Source: Octopus vulgaris (Eukaryota). Taken from it: DNA of 64,000 nt. The position numbers and the translations under genes were made by a program. The notes beneath the pieces were generated by a model, which saw only the letters and a program-made list of their open reading frames with translations, searched no databases and was not told the origin of the DNA. This document shows, piece by piece, positions 38,226 to 50,343 of this stretch. The stretch lies in the NCBI GenBank assembly GCA_951406725.2, contig OX597834.1, positions 5,828,001 to 5,892,000 of the forward strand, given 5' to 3'. Within the stretch, counting starts at the first letter, position 1; every line of letters begins with the position of its first letter.

Positions 38226-39391
38226 GAACAAAGCATATATATATATATATATATATGAGGCTAGTTTCCTTCAGTTTCCCTCTACCAAATCCATTCACAA
38301 TGCTTTATTCGTCTGAGACAACTATAGGAAAAGACACTTACCTAAGAAGCCAGGCAGCAGGATAGAATCCAAAACCACAAAGTTGGGAAACAAACTCTTA
38401 AACCACACAGCTCCATCTGCACCTCACTGCTACCTCCCCATCAAGTGAAGTATGGATTGTGACATTTTAAAATCCCTTCATAGTACCAGCAAATGCACTG
38501 TTACCAAACACATGACTCACCAACAATGTGAAGTCCTAATACATTGTGGCTAGACATTTCTATAAGCTATTTCTATCCTTAGCTACATGATGTCATTATA
38601 TGTGCTCTGATGAAATTCCTATTAGAAGACAAAACTGTGAGGTCATTCTGCCTTCTGTTCCATGTAGAAATGCAAAAGACGTTAATTTGCACTTGTCTCT
38701 ATGTATATGATTACACATCACAGATATTGCTAAATTTATATTGTTTAACATTTAGTATAACCAACATTACATAACAGATTATCCAATATATGCTATTTCC
38801 TGCATCGTTTAATTTAATTGATTTCGTTGCCAACTAAAGTACTCGGAATAACCGGTATAGAAAAGTTTGATTACAAAATTATTATGCACACTTTACAAGC
38901 GATATTTTTCTCCACGAACAAATGAAGTGGATATGTAAGTATGTGGTCTCATCTGAGTTCAGATTAAAAGCGGAACCAATTAGACCAAAACCTACTATTT
39001 CTGTGTACACTGAGTTAAAGTCTGTTAGTAGCCTATGGATCCATTAAGGTGGAAATTGTTGCTGTTTCTGCAGTATTTAAGAGACTGAAAATAGAAGACT
39101 CCTTTCTGAACAAGATGGAACTCTATCACAGGGTTCACCATCCAATTAACTGTAGCACTTATATATAATTATAATAATAATTATTAAATAATTATTGCCA
39201 CAAGAAATTAGTCTTCTTTCTCTCAAAGTGAAGATAATTTCAAATTATCAAGAATCTATTATCTTTCGTATTTAATATAACTTTATTAATCTTTGTTGAC
39301 CAAATTCATGTAGGATCAAGACATGCATATATATTTATATGTTATTTACATTATTATATAACTGAATGCCATGCATCCATTTCCAAGTAAG

Positions 39392-39437
<46 letters not shown>

Positions 39438-39643
39438 AGGCACAATGGCTCAGTGGTTAGGGCAGCGGACTTGCGGTCGTAGGATCTCGATATTTTAACT
39501 ATATCTCACATGGAATTAGACGCCGGGCATTTTGAACTGGCCATGATGCATACGTGCATATATATGTGGGTATATGTTTGTATATGTAAGTATTCGTATG
39601 TTGTAGTTATATATATATGGATTTATGTTTCTTTTCAGTGTGC

Positions 39644-39702
39644 ATTCTACTGACGAGGCAAAGCATTCCTAAATGCAAAGTCAGAAATCCGGGATCTAGA
39701 AT
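39644..39702 (+). ncRNA. Type-I hammerhead ribozyme
   Basis: Stem I ATTCTA/TAGAAT, core CTGACGA, stem II region with GCATT/AATGC, GAA ATCC G GGAT C (AUC site); stem II closure imperfect. Confidence 0.65.
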
Positions 39703-39862
39703 TATTCAGTAATTTTTTACTCGTTTCATCCTGTCTCTTTGTTTGCTCTCCGTGTTGATATATGGACAATTAAGGTGGTTTTAGAGTCAGATCATGGCTG
39801 CTATTTCCAGCATGGTGGTATCTCGTAGATGTCCTAATTTATAATTATATATATATACATAT

Positions 39863-40633
39863 TTATTCCCCTATTACCGATCTAAAAGTAAATATAACAC
39901 CTTCAAAAGTAATTACGCTATGAATACTAGTAAAAATATTTGGTTAATAATTCCTTACGGGAGACAAATTAAATCTAATCTCCCACTGCTGTTTCGTCAA
40001 GCTATTGCTAGGAATTTTCCAAACAATTCTAGATATTACTCTATAATTAATTCACATAAGGTTAGGATAGGTTTTTCAAACACAAAAAATCTCTTGCAAA
40101 TTATATCTTCTCATAATAACACACTGTTAAATATTAATACATTTACTAATACTAACATTAATTTAGCTAATACCATCCAACCCTCTAGAAATATTAATAA
40201 CAAGGTTATTGTATCTGAAGTAAATTCCAATAGAATTAAATTTATGTCAAGTAACTCTAAGATTAAAAATTCTATATACCAGTGTATAATCAGTACTCGT
40301 AATAAAGTACGATTTTACATTGGAAGCACATCGTTAGAGTTATCTAAAAGAATTTCTATCCATTACTCAACATTTAGGGATAGAAATAAACGGAATAGTA
40401 CCGGTCTCAGCAAACTGATTTGGGATTTGAAAGACCACAATGAACAATTTCATTTAGAATGGTTGATCCTCTCAATTTCGATACCATATGACAAAGGCAA
40501 GAAATTCTGTCTTCTCTGTAATTCTGAGCTATTTTTCATTATTTTTTCTAAAAATACTCTAGTAAACACGGTTATAGAACGAGCATACAGATGTAAGCAT
40601 TGGCAGAAACATACTTTTAGTGCATATAAGTAG
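39863..40633 (+). CDS. Penelope-like retroelement C-terminal GIY-YIG endonuclease (5'-truncated ORF)
   Basis: SIYQCII...FYIGST...KRISIH...TGLSKLIWDLK...EWLIL...CLLC..E...CKH; frame stays open upstream of the ATG at 39920 to the TA-repeat junction. Confidence 0.85.
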   Translation, partial: LFPYYRSKSKYNTFKSNYAMNTSKNIWLIIPYGRQIKSNLPLLFRQAIARNFPNNSRYYSIINSHKVRIGFSNTKNLLQIISSHNNTLLNINTFTNTNINLANTIQPSRNINNKVIVSEVNSNRIKFMSSNSKIKNSIYQCIISTRNKVRFYIGSTSLELSKRISIHYSTFRDRNKRNSTGLSKLIWDLKDHNEQFHLEWLILSISIPYDKGKKFCLLCNSELFFIIFSKNTLVNTVIERAYRCKHWQKHTFSAYK

Positions 40634-40832
40634 TCTCTATCATTACATATAGTTTAAACTTTAATTTCCTTTATATTTAACATTCACTATTAATATCCCT
40701 ACTCTTTCTGTTAGCTACTTATGACATTATATCATATAACGTTTTTTAAACGATATTAATAGCGTTCTGTCTATCGCTATACGAATCCATCATTTTTTGC
40801 TAAAATGTCGTATTGACGAGTTTCGTTTTTTC

Positions 40833-40919
40833 ACTTTCCTGAAGAGAAGATTGCATTGTTTATACCTTTTATTCTTTTGAATAAGTATCAGTGGAATTTT
40901 CGAAACATATGTAGAAAGT
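40833..40919 (+). ncRNA. Type-I hammerhead ribozyme
   Basis: Stem I ACTTTC/GAAAGT, core CTGAAGA, stem II GAAGATT/AATTTTC, GAAAC ATAT GTA (GUA site). Confidence 0.85.
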
Positions 40920-41534
40920 AAAAATACTTGTTTAAACCTGCGTTAACTCCATTTTTTATTCATATTATTCAAAATATTCAACGTAAACACGAAGTTTCAA
41001 CCTTTATAAACAAGGAGTTACAACATCTTTACTTGTGAGATTTTTGCTGCCCTGGTAACTATTTATTTATTTTTCCGTGTTAATTGTTAACAAGGTAAAA
41101 TACTCTCATCTATTTATTTATGTATATATATATATCATGATAGATCGTTAGCCACTACACACATTTTTTTCTCTCCTTGTGTCTCTTCTTGTTTTTTCTG
41201 TGTACCTTTCTGTAGAAGAGTGTAGGCTCGAAACGTAAAATACTTTTTCTATTCCTGAGCGTTATACTAATATATCTGTTTGTTTTGTACTTATCAGCAT
41301 ATGTCAGTCTCTTACAGTATTCTGTTTAGCTTTGCTTGAAAGCTCTCTAACACTTATTGCATTCCTTAACAAGTTACCTATGTTTATGAAATTATTGTGA
41401 GGCACATAGAATCTAACACCTTGTATAAATGATTAGTAATCTTACTCAATTTAAACTAACTTATATTGACATTTTCTGGGCTTGAAAACTGTCACACATA
41501 AAATAATATTAGTAAGTGTGTGTGCGTGTCTGTC

Positions 41535-41929
41535 ATCATCATCATCATCATCCTCATCATCATCGTTTAACGTCCGCTTTCCATGCTAGCATGGGTTGGA
41601 CGGTTCAACTGGGGTCTGGGAAGCCAGAAGGCTGCACCAAGCCAGTCATATCTGGCGGTGTTTCTACAGCTGGATGCCCTTCCTAACGCCAACCACTCCG
41701 TGAGTGTAGTGGGCGCTTTTTATGTGCCACTGGCACGGAGGGCAGGCGAGGCTGGCACAGTCACAATCGGATGGTGTTTGTTACGTGCCACTAGCATGAA
41801 GACCAGTCGATGCAGTGCTGGAAACGGCCATGTTCGGATGGTTCTCTTATGTGCCACCGGCACTAATACCACAACTGCAAATTCCAGAATCAAAAAATCA
41901 AAGAATCAAAAATCAAATCAAAATCGAAA

Positions 41930-41930
<1 letters not shown>
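41535..41930 (-). mobile_element. Family D retroposon
   Basis: Conserved motif, internal repeats, CAT repeat. Confidence 0.85.
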
Positions 41931-41981
<51 letters not shown>

Positions 41982-42934
41982 CACACACACACACAGGTGA
42001 GCATATGAGTGCAAAACTAGGTAGAGAAAATAGTACTCAAATACCAAAGGTAGAGTAATGTACTTTTTATTTAAAACTGCAAAAAATTATCACTGAGCTA
42101 TCTGCTACTTCCAGCTTTCCCCCTGACAGTTGGAGTCTATTTTCTGTGCATTTTCAACATTTATTGTAACTGTGCACCTTCCACGTACAAAAGTTAGTTT
42201 CCCTCTTAAACCGTCCTCTGATATAGCTGCACCTTTTATGTGTCCAAAGCTTATATATAAATTATGCAACAGAAGCAGCTCTAAACTAGAATCTTTAACC
42301 ATGTGACATACTTAAAGTATGTGTACCATTGAAAATACCTGAAGCTGTAGTTTTGCATCCAGCAAAAAAGTCCTTTTATAGATTCATTTAGTTAAAAAAA
42401 CACAATGTACTTCAGAATTAAAATGAAATCAGCCACAAGTGGCCAAGAAGAAGACAAATGTGCATTTCATCATTGTTGCTGCTTGTATGTGTTCCTGTTA
42501 CTCCCAAAGAAGATTCAATTGGCAACTCTGAAGTACATAGAGCCTATATAAATGATACACTGATTTGCAATGATGTCACTTTGGCTGATTAAAATTCGAA
42601 TTATGTAGTTGGAGCAGCTCAAAAGTAAAATGTTTATCCTTATAACAAGATGAGCAGAAACTCACTACAAAGTGAATGGACAGTAGCAAGAAGAACTCGT
42701 GTGAAACAAGTGTTTTGGTCTTTTTGTTCCTGACATTCTAAAAGTGCTCGGCCAATGTAAATAATGACTCTTATGCGTCCACCTGCTGTTATTTAAATGC
42801 TACTCTTAATGGGGATTGAACTTGGAACCTTTTGGTGATCTTATCACTCAGCCTCAAAGATCACCACACGAACTCGCCTGTTTCAAACTGGACTTCCTTC
42901 CTTTAATGTTTAGTATCAAGCTGAATTCCTTTTC

Positions 42935-43326
42935 GGATCTTTTTGGTTTCAACGGCAGTTTTCAACATAATTTCTAGGTAACTAAAAACTTTTAAACTTC
43001 ATATACTGGTAGAAAATGTCAAAATAAAACATCTTTTTCTCTTGGCATTCTTGAGGGCCGTTCAAACCGAAAAGATCCAAAAGATGTTTTTATTTTGACA
43101 CATTCTACCAGTATATGAAGTTTAAAATTTTTAGTTGATTTGATTTGATTTTGATTTTTCCAGTTTCAGCTAATGAGCTGTGGCCATGCTGGGGCACCGC
43201 CATTTGGTTTGCTACAGGATTTTACCTCACGGATGCTTTTTAGCAAACGCCATCTGATGCATGAGAGAGTTCGATGCAGCTGCCTAGAAATTATGTTGAA
43301 AACTGCCGTTGAAACCGAAAAGATCC
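42935..43326. mobile_element. MITE with GGATCTTTTCGGTTT TIRs plus an inverted partial copy
   Basis: TIR pair at 42935 and 43078; 43079-43326 mirrors 42935-43037, interrupted by a ~140-bp insert. Confidence 0.7.
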
Positions 43327-43518
43327 TCCATTTCAGTTCCATCCATCATCCCTGATCACCCATTATCACATTCAGCTCTTCTCAGCTGTTCCTGATAGGC
43401 AATTCTTTGTTGCTATACTTTTGTGAGTTTTGAGTCTGAGTTGACCTAGCAGTTAGCACATGGACCCTGCAACAAAGCCCTGTACACCAAATTCCACTGT
43501 CTTTACTGTGCAATGGTA

Positions 43519-43910
43519 CTCTCTTTTACTTGTTTTCAGTCATTTTACTGCGGCCATGCTGGAGCACCGCCTTTAATCGAGCAACTCGACCCCAGGACTT
43601 AATCTTTTGTAAGCCCAGTACTTATTCTATCGGTCTCTTTTGCCGAACCGCTAAGTGACGGGGACATAAACACACCAGCATTGGTTGTCAAGCAATGCTA
43701 GGGGACAAACACAGACACACAAACACACACATGCATATATATATATATACGACGGGCTTCTTTCAGTTTCCGTCTACCAAATCCACTCACAAGGCTTTGG
43801 TCGGCCCGAGGCTATAGTAGAAGACACTTGCCCAAGGTGCCACGCAGTGGGACTGAACCTGGAACCATGTGGTTGGCAAACAAGCTACCCACCACACAGA
43901 CACCCCTGCG
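43519..43910 (-). mobile_element. SINE family A
   Basis: Full-length copy. Confidence 0.9.
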
Positions 43911-44115
43911 CTGGTACCCTTATTTTGTTAGTTCTTTTTCCAGGTCCTTGTCATCCTGAATTGGTGTTGTTCCTCTCCTCAGCTCTCATAAAGGATTCAT
44001 CTCAACCAAGATGATTCTGGTGCTTGATTTCAACCAAAGGACAATATTTGGTCTTTGTCCTTGGATATGGATGAAATTTGGATAGTTTTCTGCCAGTCTA
44101 AGAAGTCAGCATATA

Positions 44116-44679
44116 TTGGGTTGTCTGGAAAGTTTGTGCTGATTTATAGTAGCTTACGTTTCGACTTATTTTAGAACATGGTTGAGTTCATAAAATAGGA
44201 TTTGACTACACCTCCATTTAGGGAACAGTTTAAGCTATCTTTTCATAGATGGTTTATGTTCCTATAACCTGTGTTAATTTTGTAACCCTTTATAATGGAA
44301 GATAAGAAAGTTCATTTTCGGCACTTGATGCTTTGGGAACCAGATAAAAATTGCTGCAGCTCAGCTGGGATGTGTTACCCCACCCTCCATATTCACCAGA
44401 TATTGCTCCTTCAGATTTCCACTTATTCAGGTCTCTGCAGAATAGTCTTAATGGTAAAAATTTCAATTCCTTGGATGACATAAAAAGATACCTTGATGAA
44501 TTCTTTGCCATGAAACCACCTGCAATTCTGGGAAGAGGGTATTTTCAAGTTAAAGGAAAGATGGAGACGCATTGTGCAACAAAATGGTTTATATTTGGTT
44601 GATTAAAAATGTAAAGGCAAATATTTATTGACCTTTTTCTTTCCTTTAAAAACTGGCACAAACTTTCCGGACAACCCAA
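44116..44679 (+). mobile_element. Internally deleted mariner transposon
   Basis: ~30-bp TIRs TTGGGTTGTC(T/C)GGAAAGTTTGTGC, TA flanks; N-terminus MEDKKVHFRHLMLWE joined to WDVLPHPPYSPDIAPSDFHLFRSLQN. Confidence 0.92.
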
Positions 44680-44743
44680 TATATTCCATTCTCTTTCCAT
44701 AGAAGCAGCTCTAGAGTAAAATGTCTATCTGTATAACAAATAT

Positions 44744-44787
<44 letters not shown>

Positions 44788-45138
44788 TAAACTGAATGAA
44801 AGATAAAGTACTCATTGCCATAGAAAAATATATTAGCATATTTCCATTGATCCAATGAGCTGTTACTGTGGAGCTTCCTGGACATGCTGCTAGTTCCTCA
44901 GGCATGAACGGAATGAATAGTGGATTAAGTTGTAACACCCAGTGTTTCACTCTCGCATTTTCCTAGCCCGAGGCATGACTTCTATGTAAACAGGTCTGTT
45001 GCAAGAGTAAGTTCCTTGAAATCTAACCAATTATTTATGCCAGTCTAAGAGTCGTCGTAATGAGATGAGCAATACATTGACGTAATGCCAGGGTAACAGG
45101 CAACTGGTTCAGACTGAATAGGTAAATCAAGCGTCTGC

Positions 45139-45460
45139 ATGTGTGAGCAAGTGTGTGTGTGTGTGTGTGCGTGTGGGAGTATGTGTGTGTGCGTGTATGA
45201 GTGTGTGCGTGTGTGTGTGTATGTGTGTGTGAGTGTGTATATGTGTGTGTGTGTATGTGTATGTATGTGCGTGTGCGTGTGTGAATGTGTGTGTGTGTAT
45301 GTGTGTGTGTGTATGTGTATGCGTGCGTGCATGCGTGTGTATGTGTGTGTGTATGTGTGTATGTGCATGTGTGAGTGTGTGTGTATGTGTGTGCATGTTT
45401 GTGTGTATGTTTATGTGTATATGTGTGTGTTTGTTCATGTATATATATATATATTTATAT
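45139..45460. repeat. (GT)n-rich microsatellite
   Basis: Direct reading. Confidence 0.95.
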
Positions 45461-46038
45461 ATTTACGTTTTCAAAAATGCTTGACATCATCCTCCTCCTC
45501 ATCATCATCCTCATCCTCATCACTTAACATTTGCTTTCCATGCTGGCATGGGTTGTACAGTTTGCTGCAGGGCTGTTTGTTGAGCTCCAATGTTCATCTT
45601 CGACATGGTTTCTATGGTTGGATGTCCTTCCTAAACCCCAACCACTTTACAGAGTGGACAGAGTCCTTCTTTTTCAAGCCACCAACACTAATGAAGTTGC
45701 CACGTCACTTGGAAGACAGAAAAGAACAGGAAAAAAGGGAAGGGAAAAGCTCCCATTTCTAAGAGGAAGTATCCAGGAGGGAAAGGTGGAGATTGGAGGC
45801 TACATGCCAGGTGTTGAAAGGCTAAATAAGATATGATTGAGGGAGAAGCACAGGTGTCTTGCTCTAGAGGAGATGGATGGCTGAAGAAGATAAAGACTAT
45901 CCAGGTTGAATCAAATATCACTAATTGTATCATTTTTTAGAGCCAAGTGTAATTCATTTTGGTGGACATACTGTTAATTATCAAGGACGCTTGCCTAATT
46001 GAATGTCATAGTCTGTTGCCTAAAATATCTCTCGACAA

Positions 46039-46268
46039 AGGCGGTGAGCTGGCAGAAATGTTAGCACGCAGGGCGCACTGCTTAGCAGTATTTCGTCTGC
46101 TGCTACGTTCTGAGTTCAAATTCCACCGAGGTCGACTTTGCCTTTCATCCTTTTGGGGTCGATTAAATAAGTACCAGTTACGTACTGGGGTCGATGTAAT
46201 CGATTTAGTCCCTTTGTCTATCCTTGTTTGTCCCCCTGTATGTTTAGCCCCTTGTGGGCAATAAAGAA
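46039..46268 (+). mobile_element. SINE family B with TSD AATATCTCTC
   Basis: Full-length copy. Confidence 0.9.
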
Positions 46269-46816
46269 CTGAATATCTCTCAACTAAGAGCTGCAGCTGT
46301 TGTTTATACTGGACCTGGCAGTTTGCATTCTCTAGATTTTTGCTCGCAAGGGAATATAAAGTATTTTCAAGGCATATCAGTGCATCCTTGTATGTCTCAA
46401 GGGTAAACTCTAGATCTGAAGTTTTTCACTTTTCTTGTACTTGATCAATAAGTCATTTGTCATGCCTGCCAAACAGGTGATTAATAAAATTGTCGAGGAT
46501 TGGTTGGTGAACACTCACTATCTCCCAAGTGGTATATTCTCTTCAGACATTTGCAGTATGCTGGGCAGATATTTTAGAAAGTGTTTTTGAGGTCCAGCAA
46601 TGAGATCTCGTTAACAGTAGAAAACAATCAAAACATGGAGGACAACAATAAAACATGGAAAACTATGGACACATACATTAATACATTAACATATGATAAT
46701 TATATTTGCATATACATATGTGTGGGTGTGTATGTATGTATATATATATATATTTACATATATATATATATATATATATATATTGATCAAAATAAAAACA
46801 TGATGCCAAGGATTCA

Positions 46817-46894
46817 GCGGTACATATGTTTCGGGCCTTTATTAGACAGATTTATAACAATGCATAATGTATGTCTGTGGCCTTCTTCAGCCGC
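46817..46894 (-). ncRNA. Type-I hammerhead ribozyme
   Basis: Minus strand: GCGG CTGAAGA A GGCC..ACAGA..TCTGT..GGCC C GAAAC ATAT GTA CCGC. Confidence 0.85.
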
Positions 46895-47441
46895 GCACAA
46901 CAGCTTCCACAAGGACATGTGTTACATCAAAAATTCTTGGTTGGGGATGCAAATCGTCTCATTCGCGTACGACATAATGCGGCAACAGCATAGAATTGAA
47001 TTGAAGCGTCCATCTCTTTCTTCTCTCAATATATATATATATATATATATACAACTTATAAGTAAGGGCTAAAGAAAATTATTTCAACGCCAATCTGCTG
47101 ATAACAGACTATTAAATCGTCAATTTCCACATATAATTTACTCGCTACAGCAAAAACCGAAGAACTGAAGTCGGGCAAGCTGGCCGTTAGAATTTCTAAA
47201 AAATTCGTTATTTCTATATTGAATCAATTTCAGAATTAATCTCATAAAAGACTTATTCCTCCTCAGTAAAACTTACGAAAGGATATAAATAAGATACTTA
47301 CATGTGCCCATGGAAAAAGCCAAAGCAAAAAACATGAGTACATTTAAATACCCCAGATATATCTAAAAATAAAATTCTTTGGTCAGCCTCAGTACAACGT
47401 GTTGACTGTTCCCCACTACAGGTTATAGTGGTTACCAGACT

Positions 47442-47493
<52 letters not shown>

Positions 47494-47524
47494 CAAAATA
47501 AGCAACAAGTATATCCAAGGTAGT

Positions 47525-47611
47525 GTAGTACAATTGTTTCGTGCTACTTCATTTTATTAAACACTGTAAGTATTACATCAGTTGTAAAAATGTCAAGCAA
47601 TCTTCAGTCAC
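47525..47611 (-). ncRNA. Hammerhead motif with weakened stem I
   Basis: Minus strand: GTGA CTGAAGA TTGCT...AGCAC GAAAC AATT GTA CTAC. Confidence 0.55.
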
Positions 47612-47731
47612 TTTTCCAGTCAAACGGACAATGCACATTCTTATCCCTAATTCATTTGCCAGCATTATAAAGAGGGTAGATATATAGACAGAGAGGTTGA
47701 TTTCATTCTTAAGAACATGATAGTAGTATAT

Positions 47732-47979
47732 CATGGAGTGACTGTGTGTAAGAAGCTTACTTTCCAATCACATGGATCCAGGTTCAGTCCCACTGCATGG
47801 CACCTTGGGCAGGTGTCTTCTACTATAGCCTTGGGCTGACCAAAGCCTTGTGAGTGGATTTAGTAGATGGAAACTGAAAGAAGCCCACCGTATATATATG
47901 TGTGTGTTTTATGGGTGTGTGTGTGAATGTATGTATGTATGTATTTGTCTGGTTGTGTATTTATATCCCTGTAACTTAG
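47732..47979 (+). mobile_element. SINE A, 5' part
   Basis: Head and core. Confidence 0.8.
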
Positions 47980-48130
47980 TAGAAGTAACAGAGTGACTCA
48001 AGGTCTGAGAGTCTCTTGCTTTGGCACTTATCAAACAACACACAAAACTCTGGACCATGAGTCACACAGTTACTTCTCCTAAATATTAATAAAAACATAC
48101 ATATTTTGAGTCCTATTTTTCCTGTTTGCC
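47976..48130. mobile_element. Fold-back repeat fragment (family of 26604)
   Basis: Inverted arms 47976-48013 / 48045-48082 followed by shared tail ATTTTGAGT(C/T)CTATTTTTCCTGTTTGC. Confidence 0.6.
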
Positions 48131-48137
48131 CAAATAT

Positions 48138-48174
<37 letters not shown>

Positions 48175-48400
48175 GGTTTAATTAGATTTGTCCTTTAATT
48201 TGGAGGTTTCCAAACGAGATTTCTAATGTTGATTCTTCATATTTTGCTGGTAGTTTACTGGCGTAAATTTGTGAAGATATGAAAGTAGTACTTGTATATG
48301 ATGTGCTGTGAATTTATGGAAAGAAATCCTATAAAACTCAACAATCCTGTTAAAACTGGAGAAGAGATGATGTTAAAATAAATAAGAGAATTTTAATTCA

Positions 48401-48487
48401 TGCAGACGATCATTTCGTACAGAGATATAAAAATCATACAAATTCATGGTTGAATTGAATTAATTAAATTAATTACTCTTCAGTGCA
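48401..48487 (-). ncRNA. Type-I hammerhead ribozyme
   Basis: Minus strand: TGCA CTGAAGA GTA...TAC GAAA T GATC G TC TGCA (GUC site, palindromic loop). Confidence 0.8.
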
Positions 48488-48699
48488 AGAAGTATAAACA
48501 AAATTTTTACAAAGGACTTGAGAAAGGAAATAGCAGAACGGAATCTAGGAGATTCATATTTATTGGAGATGTACTTGCATAGCAAGTGATTTGATCTGAA
48601 ATCGTGTGCTGAAACGAAAACAATTGCAGCGTGGAAGGTGTTTGTAAGCCATTTAAGAAACACACAAAAGCCGTTCGATTCACTTCAACATTTTTATTT

Positions 48700-49350
48700 A
48701 TCCTCATGAGAAAAAGAGATGTGAGTCCGGTTAGGTATTAACTATAATTAAAAACTATAATGGTTATTTGAAAATATAAGTAAAAGAGGTTTCGAAGACG
48801 TTACCTCTATAGATGAGTAAGATTAGAAATTTTAATTCCAAATAAGTCGCATAGGGCAAAGATTGTATAGAAATGTCCAATGGAAAGGTACGGCTGTATT
48901 TGAATCAAGATATGATCTGACAGTTATAAACAATATTTAGTGTGGTGAATATTTTAAAAAAAATTTAATACAGGACAATGAAATTAATCTAGAGGACATA
49001 GTGTGTAAAGAGCTGCTGGATTGTTAACGGAAACAAGTGTTAGAGAAGAAAAAAAAGGGTTTAAGAGAGAATAAGATGCGTAAGATGGACTTAAGTTTGC
49101 ACAAGAACTAATATTCGTTAATAAATCTTAGAGCGAGCTATAATATTCCTTAGTATGTATTAAATATAAGGTAGAAAAATAAGTAAAAGCAGAAAAAATA
49201 GTTAATATTACAATTTAGAAAGTAAATACTTGCTGTGGCTATAAAGATGAAAAAAGAGTGAAGTTGAAAAAGAAAAAGGATGCAGGAAAACGGAAAAATA
49301 ACAAAGATGGGGAGATAAATGAGCTGGGAATGAAAATTAGTAAAAAGAAG
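48700..49350 (-). pseudogene. Very degenerate Penelope-like endonuclease region (tentative)
   Basis: LCPL...C... and NIVYNCQII resemble the segment before GIY-YIG; lies upstream of the 48401 hammerhead on the same strand. Confidence 0.4.
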
Positions 49351-49581
49351 GTTTAATTTATATGTATTGATATGTAAGGTTATGCAGTAACTGTGTTATA
49401 GTATAAGTAAAAATTATGAGGTAAGGAACTAGCTTGGCATAATGTGAGAGGGATATATAATGGTATTAGAGTAGTATTAATATCCAAGTAATAGAAAAGT
49501 TTTGTGTATTTTGAATATAAGAAAAGGTACGAGTATGAGGTGCATATAAGTATACAAAAATTTTTTATATAAAACGTCTTC

Positions 49582-50343
49582 ATGTGAACGTGACATGGGT
49601 GTTATTGTCGACAGCGATTTACGTTGGACAAAACACATCGCTAAAATTGCCAAGAAGGCTGAGGGTGTCTTGGCATCACTCACCAAGTCCTTTGTGAGCT
49701 GCTCTCCGGCTATCTATCTGCGGTTTTATATAGCTATGGTAAGACCTCACCTGGAATTTGAATCACCGGTCTGGAACCCCTATCTTGCCCAGGATATTAA
49801 TCTTCTGGAAGCCATTCAGTGATGTGCAACCAAAAGAATACCCTCCATCAGGCATTTGCCATATTCTGAACGCCTTACTTCCCTGGGCATGGACACATTG
49901 AAACTCCGACGTCTTGCAGCTGACTTGGCAGACACCCATAAAATTAATAACCATCTTACAAACAATAACTCTGGGCACCTTTTCAAACTCCACCTGTCTA
50001 ACACCCGTGGACATATTTACAAAGTCAGAAAACAGCACAGCTCCCATGACTTTAGGAAACATTTTTTTCACGCTGAGAGTTGCTGAAGCATGGAACAAGC
50101 TGCCGGCATCAGTTGTTAGTTGTCGGAGCACTGCATCATTCAAAACTTCCATGCTTCCTGAGATTCGCCAACACTACACCTGATTTTCTACCGTCCATAC
50201 ACACGCAAGCATGTATCTGACACATACACTGTTCGCTTTCCAGACATTTGTACATTACTGCATATGCTTTATACGCACTTTTTGACAAGTTGTGGTGCAC
50301 CTGAGCACTGCATACAATAATTTCATTATTATTATTATTATTA
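49582..50343 (+). mobile_element. 5'-truncated CR1-clade LINE (ORF2 C-terminus, 3' UTR, (ATT)n tail)
   Basis: ERDMGVIVDSDL...YIAMVRPHLEF.SPVWNPY...PYSERL..L...L..RRL..DL...RGH..K...FF.LRV...WNKLP..VV; one stop and one frameshift. Confidence 0.92.

Larger units (their letters stand above)
39860..41122 (+). mobile_element. 5'-truncated Penelope-like element in (TA)n
   Basis: GIY-YIG ORF plus 3' region containing a hammerhead; TA repeats both sides. Confidence 0.8.

Noticed and set aside
38605-38645. CTGATGA hammerhead candidate
   Set aside because: No GAAA at the right position and no convincing stems
48555-48695. GC-richer island inside the AT-rich Penelope-like region
   Set aside because: Probably a small repeat insertion, but single copy here with no TIR or TSD to classify it
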